Assembly (NCBI GenBank): GCA_026416095.1
Contig: JAOAFV010000017.1
Span: 64,146-128,145, forward strand
Reading direction: 5' to 3'
Origin: Bacteroidales bacterium
Lineage (GTDB): Bacteria > Bacteroidota > Bacteroidia > Bacteroidales > GWA2-32-17
DNA: 64,000 nucleotides
Under the pieces are notes generated by a model that was not told the origin of the DNA, did not search any database, and saw only the letters and a program-made list of their open reading frames with translations. The first letter of the stretch is position 1. Every line of letters starts with the position of its first letter. A program made the position numbers and the translations under genes. This document shows, one piece after another, positions 47,043 through 54,948 of this stretch.

Positions 47043-48525
47043 AAGGTTGAAGTTCACTTGTCGCAGAATTATAAAGAAAATAAATAACTACAATAGAAAT
47101 TATAACTTGTAATGGCATAGGCAAACGTATAAATATACCTTTATAAGTTTCTTTAATCTTATTTGGCAATAAGTGTACAATTAATGCAACAATAGTCAAA
47201 AATACCACATTAGTATAACTTCCAATGAAGCCATACATGCTAGCTAAATTTATTTCACTTATACTGCTTATTATTTTAAATGAGTCATTAATATTATTGG
47301 CTCTAAAAAATATCCAACCAATACATACTAAATGAAAAGTAATAAAAGCTTTTATTAATTCAAAAAAAAACATTTTTTTTTCGTTTGAAGTGTCAAATAA
47401 CTTTTCAATTACCAGCAACACCCCATGGTACCCCCCCCATAAAATAAATTTAATATTTGCTCCATGCCATAGGCCCCCGAGTAACATAGTAATCATTAAG
47501 TTAATGTATGTTCTAAATTTACCTTTTCTATTACCACCTAAAGAAATGTACAAATAATCGCGCAACCATGTGCTTAATGAGATATGCCATCTATGCCAAA
47601 AATCGGTTATACTTGTTGCTTTATATGGTGAATTAAAATTTACAGGTAACCTGAACCCCATAATTAAACCCAGCCCAATAGCTATATCAGAATAACCACT
47701 AAAATCGCAATATATTTGTATAGCATAACCATATACTGCAAACAAATTTTCAATACCAGAAAAAGACGAAGGATTTTCAAATACCCTATCAACAAAATTC
47801 ACAGAGATATAATCGCTTATAATTATTTTTTTTATTAACCCATTTAGTATTAAAAAAACTGCATACGAAAAAATTTCTTTGGTTATATAATAATCTTTTT
47901 TTATTTGCGATAAAAATTCTTTTGCTCGTACAATTGGTCCAGCAACTAGTTGTGGGAAAAAACTCACATAAAAAGCAAAATTAATAAAACTCTTTTCTGG
48001 AGCTATTTTCATTCTATAAACATCTATTGTATAACTCATCGACTGGAAAGTATAAAATGAAATGCCAACAGGAAGTATTATATTCGACACATCAAAGCCG
48101 GTATTAAAAAAACGATTACTTATATCTGCAAGTATATTGAAAGTATTAATATTAGTATTAAGAAGCGAATTGATAATGTCGATAACAAAATATGTGTATT
48201 TAAAATAAAATAAAATAAAAAGGTTACTAAATATACTAACAACTAAACCCAAATTCTTTTTTGTTTTAGTATTAGCTCTATATATGTACAAGCCAGCCAT
48301 ATAGTCTATAAGCGTAGAAAGTAATAAAAGCACAAAAAAATAACCACCTGATTTATAATAAAAAAATACAGAGACAAGTAAAAGATATAAGCTCCTTAAT
48401 TCTTTTTTGTTTTTTATAAAAAAATAGAATAATAAAACTATGAGAAAAAAATACCAGAAAAAAGGTTTAGTAAACAATAAAGGCTTATTTTCGTCGTATA
48501 AAAATATGCTTGAAAATAAGTTCAT
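47023..48525 (-). CDS. MBOAT-family membrane O-acyltransferase (AlgI/PatA/DltB-like)
   Basis: Polytopic. Conserved block ITDFWHRWHISLSTWLRDYLYISLGGNR and LGGLWHGA. Confidence 0.88.
   Translation of the reverse strand: MNLFSSIFLYDENKPLLFTKPFFWYFFLIVLLFYFFIKNKKELRSLYLLLVSVFFYYKSGGYFFVLLLLSTLIDYMAGLYIYRANTKTKKNLGLVVSIFSNLFILFYFKYTYFVIDIINSLLNTNINTFNILADISNRFFNTGFDVSNIILPVGISFYTFQSMSYTIDVYRMKIAPEKSFINFAFYVSFFPQLVAGPIVRAKEFLSQIKKDYYITKEIFSYAVFLILNGLIKKIIISDYISVNFVDRVFENPSSFSGIENLFAVYGYAIQIYCDFSGYSDIAIGLGLIMGFRLPVNFNSPYKATSITDFWHRWHISLSTWLRDYLYISLGGNRKGKFRTYINLMITMLLGGLWHGANIKFILWGGYHGVLLVIEKLFDTSNEKKMFFFELIKAFITFHLVCIGWIFFRANNINDSFKIISSISEINLASMYGFIGSYTNVVFLTIVALIVHLLPNKIKETYKGIFIRLPMPLQVIISIVVIYFLYNSATSELQPFIYFQF
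47431..47438 (-). repeat. G8 (C8 on + strand) homopolymer inside the MBOAT coding sequence
   Basis: Codons TGG GGG GGG TAC (W-G-G-Y). This is the longest G/C run I found in the window; all others seen are 6 or shorter. Confidence 0.95.
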
Positions 48526-49736
48526 TTTAATAAATATGTTTTAAAGAATGCTTCAAAAAATAAGTTAGCAAGTAAATAATATCCATTTTTATTTAAATGT
48601 ACTTTATCGGATACCGTAAGATTATTCTGGAACCAGTAATTAATAGCATTTAACCCACCTGCAACAGAAAATAAATCCCAGTAGGCATAATTCCATCTTT
48701 TCGATAAATATACCAATACGTTTCTTACAATTAAAATATTTTTCTCAGGCTCGTTATTCTTGTTATTATAAAAGCTCATAGGTATAATTACAAGAATTGG
48801 CATATTTGGTTTTATTCTTCTTAGACGAGTAAAGAAATTATTATAAAAATTAAAAACTTCGGTGCTATCAAAGAAATTATTAAAACAATCATTCGTTCCA
48901 ATTGACAAAATGAACAGATCGAAATCTTCACATAAAAACAAATTTTCGAACTCTATTTTATTTAGAGACTTTGCTTTTAAACCATTTATACCAAGCGTTA
49001 TATAACTCAACCCATAATTATCATCGTCTAACATTATACCATAACAAAAAATTTTACTGCTTGTGTTATTAACTAATCTTATTGAACAAGTATCGGTGTA
49101 ATCTCCTATTTTTAAAATGTATTCCTTTAATAAATCCTGTGTACACACTTCTAATACTTGCAACTCGTCATAAGGGAACCTAAGCTGTACGTCAACATAT
49201 GAAGAAACCAACAATTTTACTATATTAAATTCGTTATAAATTTTAGTATTAATCTTAAATGCTATTGTTATACTATCCGACGGAAGTATTTCAAAAATAA
49301 GTCCTGTAGGAGAACAGATCGAATCATTTTTAACTATTGTAAAAGCATTTACACTTTTACTAACATAGGTTTTATAAGAAATTGGTTCGTTAGTATTCAA
49401 CAAAGGCCTATAAGGAAATAAAATTGAAGGTGGAGAAATTTTTGATAAAAAAAAATCTTTAAAATATTCTCTTATTTTGGTAGTAAAAATATCGGCCTGA
49501 ACATGAGAGTCGCCAATATGCAATATTTTTATTTTTTTATTACCAAATAAAATTAATGTATCAATTTTACCGAAAAAATTGTTAAAATTTCTATTTGTAA
49601 CATTATAAAAATAGTTTTTGCTATAATCGATAAAATTATATTTACTATATATTTCATGATTTTCGATAGAATAATTTTGTTGAGATAAGCAAATTTTAAA
49701 TACATTAATAAATATTACAAAAATTAAATGCTTCAT
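48522..49736 (-). CDS. SGNH/GDSL-family hydrolase or acyltransferase (PatB/Ape/AlgJ-like), copy 2
   Basis: Signal peptide. Block I ILHIGDSHVQAD (GDS catalytic Ser motif). A late SIGTNDC block and a DKVHLNKNGY (D-x-x-H) block. ATGA overlaps with both neighbours. Confidence 0.75.
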   Translation of the reverse strand: MKHLIFVIFINVFKICLSQQNYSIENHEIYSKYNFIDYSKNYFYNVTNRNFNNFFGKIDTLILFGNKKIKILHIGDSHVQADIFTTKIREYFKDFFLSKISPPSILFPYRPLLNTNEPISYKTYVSKSVNAFTIVKNDSICSPTGLIFEILPSDSITIAFKINTKIYNEFNIVKLLVSSYVDVQLRFPYDELQVLEVCTQDLLKEYILKIGDYTDTCSIRLVNNTSSKIFCYGIMLDDDNYGLSYITLGINGLKAKSLNKIEFENLFLCEDFDLFILSIGTNDCFNNFFDSTEVFNFYNNFFTRLRRIKPNMPILVIIPMSFYNNKNNEPEKNILIVRNVLVYLSKRWNYAYWDLFSVAGGLNAINYWFQNNLTVSDKVHLNKNGYYLLANLFFEAFFKTYLLK

Positions 49737-51136
49737 CTATTAGAAATGTTAGCAATCGATCTTTTATAACTTTCAAAGTCTTTTAGTAAATCTTCAATAA
49801 ACTTAGTTGAAATAATTTTACAACCCTCATTTGTCAGGTGGGCGTAATCTTTCGACGCTAATGGTGGCTTATATGTTGCCCACTTCGACATTGAATTTTT
49901 TCCTCCCATTTTTTTAAAAGCATCCCAAAAAGCACAATTTGCTTTAAAAGCTGCTCTTTTCTGCGCCTCATTAATCTTTTCAATTAATGGGTAAGAAACA
50001 TATACACCATCAATTTTTCTCGACATATCTGTAACGCCAATTACAATTACATCTATATTTGAGTTTATTGATTTAAAATATTTTAACTGAGCTGTAAGAG
50101 CAATTTCATAATCTCTTAATTTTTTTTCACTCATTGATGGCACAACATTTATCCCAAACTGATAAATTATCAACTTTACACTTAGCAAGTCAAAAATTCT
50201 TGACATTAATTTTTTATTTAATCGAGTAAAATCAAGGCCAGCGCTTCCTCGTATTCCTATATTACTTACTATAACACCATTATCAGAATCAAAACTAATT
50301 CCATAAATCGTAGGATCGCCTTTCCCTGAAAACTCAAGAGTAAGGCTGTTGTAATTACTGTTACTTATAGAGAATTCACATATACTTATGGTTTCATCTG
50401 AAACTTCAAGAGAACTTATTCCAATAATTTTTTTTCCTGAAAATAACTGTACTATTTCTTTATTACATTTATTGGAGTATAATATTCTTAATTTATTGCC
50501 TATTGTATTAAAAAACATTAAATTAACTATATTAAAATCAATTTTTTCACAAGAAATATTAATATCGTTAAACTTAAAAATATTCAACATTACTCCTAAG
50601 AAAGGACAATTTTTGTAATTAAAGTCCTTAAAAGTATACCTTTTCCACTCTTTCGAAGGTACCACATTAACATATTGCTGTACATTATTAATTTTTACAG
50701 GAAAAATAAGACCACAACCTTGGCCTCCAAAGATTTTTTGCAAAGTATCTCTTATAATAGCAGTTATTCTATCGCCTTCAATTTGGCTATCGCCATAGTG
50801 CAAAATATGAATTTTTCCTTTACTATGTAAAAGAGAAGAAAAAAAATTCTTTAATGCATCAAAATTGTTTTCTGGATATTCTAAACAAAATTTTACATTT
50901 TTATTACTTGTATCAATTTTAAAAAAATTCTTAAGAAAAACTTTTTCAATATCTTTCTTATTTATTAGTTGTAAAGGAGTAATTTTATGTTTAATGCCTC
51001 TTAATATATCAGGATTTCTTATTTCTAAATTTTTAATTTTATAAGTCTCTGGAACATTAACAATAGAAAGAAAAAGAAAAAAAACGAAAACAGATAAAAA
51101 AAATAAAAATACTTTATAAAACCTTATTTCCGACAT
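49733..51136 (-). CDS. SGNH/GDSL-family hydrolase or acyltransferase, copy 1, N-terminally membrane-anchored
   Basis: N-terminal TM (VFLFFLSVFVFFLFLSIV). ILHYGDSQIEGD (GDS), IYQFGINV, and DYAHLTNEG (D-x-x-H). Confidence 0.75.
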   Translation of the reverse strand: MSEIRFYKVFLFFLSVFVFFLFLSIVNVPETYKIKNLEIRNPDILRGIKHKITPLQLINKKDIEKVFLKNFFKIDTSNKNVKFCLEYPENNFDALKNFFSSLLHSKGKIHILHYGDSQIEGDRITAIIRDTLQKIFGGQGCGLIFPVKINNVQQYVNVVPSKEWKRYTFKDFNYKNCPFLGVMLNIFKFNDINISCEKIDFNIVNLMFFNTIGNKLRILYSNKCNKEIVQLFSGKKIIGISSLEVSDETISICEFSISNSNYNSLTLEFSGKGDPTIYGISFDSDNGVIVSNIGIRGSAGLDFTRLNKKLMSRIFDLLSVKLIIYQFGINVVPSMSEKKLRDYEIALTAQLKYFKSINSNIDVIVIGVTDMSRKIDGVYVSYPLIEKINEAQKRAAFKANCAFWDAFKKMGGKNSMSKWATYKPPLASKDYAHLTNEGCKIISTKFIEDLLKDFESYKRSIANISNR

Positions 51137-51137
51137 G

Positions 51138-52691
51138 TTAGCGTATTATGAGCTTTTGTCCTACTTTTATTTTATTTATGGATTTAATATTATTTTTTTC
51201 ACATAGTTCACTAATAGAAACATTAAACTTCGACGATATGGAATATAATGTATCACCTTTTTTTACTGTATAAATTATTCTTTCTTCAGATTTTTTCGAT
51301 TCATTAATATTTTTTCTAATGACAATTGAAGTAGTATCAATTACATGAATTGTATCTTTTACAGAAGTAAGTGTTGTATCGGAATTAACTGTACTTATAA
51401 ATTTATTTTCTGGTTTCTTTTTCATAACGTATATTACAATACGCTTATTGGGTTTAAGATAATTAGATTTTAAATTATTCCACTCTCTTATATCGCTAAC
51501 CTTAACACCATAACGTTTGGCTATACTATAAATGGTTTCTCCCTTTTTTACTCGATGAATTATTGCTTCTTCGTCGAAGAAACTATAATTCGAATAAGAA
51601 GAAGGTTTTATACTAGCAAAAAATAAAGAATCTTTGTATTTATAAATCGAATCTTCTAGGGCAATAAAAGACATGATATTTTCAATTGGTAAAATGAGGG
51701 GTAATTTATTATCGTTCGAAGCAGGAATTATATCTTTTTTATACTGTGGGTTAAGAAACTTAATTAATTCATAACGAATGTTTAAAACTTCAGAAATCTG
51801 TTTGAAATGGGTCCATTTTTTTACAAAAATAGTATCAACTTTTTGTGGTATCATTAATTTTTTAGGAGTTATTTTTAATTCATTATAATAGTGAAATGTA
51901 TAAGCAGCACCAATAAAGGCTGGAACATAACCACGAGTTTCGCGAGGAAGGTAACGATAAATGCCCCAGAAAGTTGTTTTCCCGGAACGGCGAATAGCTT
52001 TCTGTACATTTAATGGTCCACAATTATAAGCAGCAAGGGCTAAATGCCAGTCATTAAAAATATTATATAAATCACGTAAATACCGTGCGGCAGCATCAGA
52101 AGATTTTATGGGATCCATTCTTTCATCGACAAAAGAATTGACCTTCAAACCACATAGCTTCCCAGTAGAAAGAATAAATTGCCATAAACCAACCGCTTTA
52201 GCTCTGCTTACGGCTCTTGGATTTAAGGCAGACTCTATTATTGGTAAATATTTTAGCTCTAAAGGTAAACCATATCTGTCGAGAGCTTCCTCAAAGTAAG
52301 GAAAATAATACTCACTTAACCCAAGTAAATACGATACAAATTTTCTTTTCTTATAAGCATATAAATATATATAATTTTTTGTTATATTATTAAATGTCAT
52401 TTCAATATAACTATTCATTTTATCAAGTTGAAACTTTATAATATCATCAGAAAAATAAGGAATATATGAACTATCTGTGTCTTGCTCTGGTTGTGTTAAA
52501 TCGCTAGAAAAAAAATTATACTGGTTGTACCAATCGAGTATTAAACTATCAACATATTTACTGTACTCTTCAAAGTCTTTTTCAATCTCTAACTTATATA
52601 TTTGAAGTGTTGTATCTTCTTCCTGACCAATAAGTTTCAAAATTAAACACGAAATTATTAATAAAATAATTATAACTTTTTTATTCTTCAT
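51138..52691 (-). CDS. Lytic murein transglycosylase (SLT domain, MltD-like) with two C-terminal LysM domains
   Basis: SLT catalytic region PIIESALNPRAVSRAKAVGLWQF...AAYNCGPLNV. Two LysM units (HRVKKGETIYSIAKRYGVKVSDIREWNNL and YTVKKGDTLYSISSKFNVSISELCEKNNI). Confidence 0.88.
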   Translation of the reverse strand: MKNKKVIIILLIISCLILKLIGQEEDTTLQIYKLEIEKDFEEYSKYVDSLILDWYNQYNFFSSDLTQPEQDTDSSYIPYFSDDIIKFQLDKMNSYIEMTFNNITKNYIYLYAYKKRKFVSYLLGLSEYYFPYFEEALDRYGLPLELKYLPIIESALNPRAVSRAKAVGLWQFILSTGKLCGLKVNSFVDERMDPIKSSDAAARYLRDLYNIFNDWHLALAAYNCGPLNVQKAIRRSGKTTFWGIYRYLPRETRGYVPAFIGAAYTFHYYNELKITPKKLMIPQKVDTIFVKKWTHFKQISEVLNIRYELIKFLNPQYKKDIIPASNDNKLPLILPIENIMSFIALEDSIYKYKDSLFFASIKPSSYSNYSFFDEEAIIHRVKKGETIYSIAKRYGVKVSDIREWNNLKSNYLKPNKRIVIYVMKKKPENKFISTVNSDTTLTSVKDTIHVIDTTSIVIRKNINESKKSEERIIYTVKKGDTLYSISSKFNVSISELCEKNNIKSINKIKVGQKLIIR

Positions 52692-52697
52692 ATAATT

Positions 52698-53222
52698 TTA
52701 AATTTTTAAGTTTATTTTAAAAAAACAAACTAAAAAATTTGAATCATAATAAGGTATAGCTCTAAAAGAAAGATTTTCAGATACATCGTAATCAAACAAA
52801 TAAGCATCAACAGTAGCATCGATAATATTAAGAAAATACCATCCTAAAAACATTAAACCATATAAATCACGACGTCGATGATAGTAGTTTTGCATTATAT
52901 TTAAACCTTCGAGTGTATATTGGTTATTTTCAACAATTATAAATCCATTAGGATTAGTTGTATATAATTCTTTGTAAGAGTTCTTAAATTTTACATATTT
53001 CGAATTATAATTGTAAGTAAATAGGCCGAATATTGTAAGTCCACCATACACGAGAGGTATTTTCCAGTATTTTTTATTGTAAAATTGGCCACCTCCTGGT
53101 ATTATTGCCGACAATACAGCCGCTTTGGTAGGTGAATGTTCACTATTTAAAGTATTGTCTTGTGCAAACAATCGAAAAGAAATAACAACTACCCATATAA
53201 CTAAAACTATTTTTTTAATCAT
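52698..53222 (-). CDS. DUF5683-family membrane protein
   Basis: SPTKAAVLSAIIPGGGQFYNKKYWKIPLVYGG is the family hallmark as I remember it. It occupies the canonical position right after parB in Bacteroidota. Confidence 0.75.
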   Translation of the reverse strand: MIKKIVLVIWVVVISFRLFAQDNTLNSEHSPTKAAVLSAIIPGGGQFYNKKYWKIPLVYGGLTIFGLFTYNYNSKYVKFKNSYKELYTTNPNGFIIVENNQYTLEGLNIMQNYYHRRRDLYGLMFLGWYFLNIIDATVDAYLFDYDVSENLSFRAIPYYDSNFLVCFFKINLKI

Positions 53223-54081
53223 TATTTTTTATACTGGTTAACTTTTTATATATTTCTATTAATTTATTTTTATTTTCGAAGTATATTATAATTTTACCCT
53301 CGTTTTCATTTCTTGATTTTATTTCTACTGTTGTTTGCAAAATATCTTGTATTTCTTTTTTATATGGTAAAAAACTAATAGATTTTTTTAAGTAAGACTT
53401 TTTTATTGTTTTATTTGTATTGATATTTTTAGCTATTTCTTCAAGTTTTCTTACAGAAAAATCGTATAATAATGTTTGTTTATATATCATTATTTGCAAT
53501 TCGGGATCTTCGATTGATAAAAGAGCTCGTGCATGTCCAAAAGATATTTTATTTTCCTTTAATCCTTGTTGAATTTCGGGGGGTAGTTTAAGTAATCTTA
53601 AAAAATTTGCAATAGTTGATCTATCTTTACCAATAATTTTAGATAGTTGCTCCTGAGTATAGTTACATTCAGAAATTAAGCGTTGATAACTCAAAGCAAT
53701 TTCAATAGGGTTTAAATCTTTACGATGAATATTTTCTATAAGTGCCATTTGTAAAATATCGTCATCATTAGCTTCTCTAATATAAGCAGGAATTTTGTCT
53801 AATCCAGCTTTTTTAGCTGCTCTTACTCTTCTTTCGCCCGCAATTACTTGATATTTATTATTATTAATTTTTCTAACTACAATTGGTTGAATAATTCCAT
53901 AACTTTTTATAGATGAAGCTAATTCCTCTATAGATTCATCATCAAATTCTTTTCGTGGCTGATAAGGATTAACCTCAATTAAATCGATCGATAATTCAGT
54001 AATAGACGTCTTTTGTTCGTAATCTTGAGGAATAAGAGCATCAAGCCCCTTTCCTAGCGACAAACGTTTTTTTTCGCTCAT
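53215..54081 (-). CDS. parB: Chromosome partitioning protein ParB (Spo0J)
   Basis: NPYQPRKEFD, GIIQPIVVR, AGERRVRAAK, the LIENIHRKDLNPIE ParB box, and an HTH region. Confidence 0.93.
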   Translation of the reverse strand: MSEKKRLSLGKGLDALIPQDYEQKTSITELSIDLIEVNPYQPRKEFDDESIEELASSIKSYGIIQPIVVRKINNNKYQVIAGERRVRAAKKAGLDKIPAYIREANDDDILQMALIENIHRKDLNPIEIALSYQRLISECNYTQEQLSKIIGKDRSTIANFLRLLKLPPEIQQGLKENKISFGHARALLSIEDPELQIMIYKQTLLYDFSVRKLEEIAKNINTNKTIKKSYLKKSISFLPYKKEIQDILQTTVEIKSRNENEGKIIIYFENKNKLIEIYKKLTSIKNND

Positions 54082-54854
54082 GTTCTCACTAATTTATTTT
54101 TGTGTAAAAATTCACGCGCAAGGTTTAAATAAGCAAGAGCGCCAGTACAGTTTGCATCATGCAAAATAACAGGCTTTCCAAAACTTGGTGCTTCGCTTAA
54201 TCTTACATTTCTTGGTATAATTGTATTAAATACCATGCCAGCAAAATGTTTACGCACTTCATGAACCACCTGATTCGATAAGTTTAAACGAGAATCGTGC
54301 ATAGTAAGTAAAAATCCTTCTATTTCTAAAGAAGGATTCAATCGCGATTGAATAATTTTTATAGTATTTAATAATTTTCCTAACCCCTCTAGTGCAAAAT
54401 ATTCACACTGCACAGGTATAATAACTGAATCAGATGCTGTTAAAGCATTAACTGTTATTAAACCTAAAGAGGGACTACAATCTATAAATACGAAATCGTA
54501 ATTATCTTTTACTTTATCAATAATAAACTTTATTTTTTTTTCTCTGTTTGGGCTATTTAACATTTCTATTTCGGCACCTACTAAATCTATATGCGATGGT
54601 AAAAGTTGTAAGTTTTTTATACTTGTAGACATAATAACCTTTAATGGGTCCAATTCGTCTATTAAACATTCGTAAATACTAGCATTAATTGATTTTGTGT
54701 CGTAACCTACTCCCGACGTAGCATTTGCTTGAGGATCGGCATCGACAAGTAAAACCTTATATTCAAGTACAGCTAAGCTTGTAGACAGGTTAATTGCTGT
54801 GGTTGTTTTTCCTACACCTCCCTTTTGATTAGCTATTGCAACAACCTTTGCCAT
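54078..54854 (-). CDS. parA: Chromosome partitioning ATPase ParA (Soj)
   Basis: IANQKGGVGKTTT deviant Walker A, plus DADPQANAT and IDCSPSLG. The track start at 54857 is TTG; ATG 54854 is used here. Confidence 0.93.
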   Translation of the reverse strand: MAKVVAIANQKGGVGKTTTAINLSTSLAVLEYKVLLVDADPQANATSGVGYDTKSINASIYECLIDELDPLKVIMSTSIKNLQLLPSHIDLVGAEIEMLNSPNREKKIKFIIDKVKDNYDFVFIDCSPSLGLITVNALTASDSVIIPVQCEYFALEGLGKLLNTIKIIQSRLNPSLEIEGFLLTMHDSRLNLSNQVVHEVRKHFAGMVFNTIIPRNVRLSEAPSFGKPVILHDANCTGALAYLNLAREFLHKNKLVRT

Positions 54855-54874
54855 CAAATAAAATGTTTAAAATA

Positions 54875-54882
54875 CAAATATA
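54875..54882 (-). promoter_or_regulatory. -7 box (TATATTTG) for parA and the downstream string
   Basis: Read on the minus strand, about 20 nt upstream of the parA ATG. Confidence 0.5.
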
Positions 54883-54948
54883 TTTTTGTTTTACTTTCAA
54901 AATTTAAAAAAATAATTTAATTATTCACAATGTTTTTTTAATAATTTA

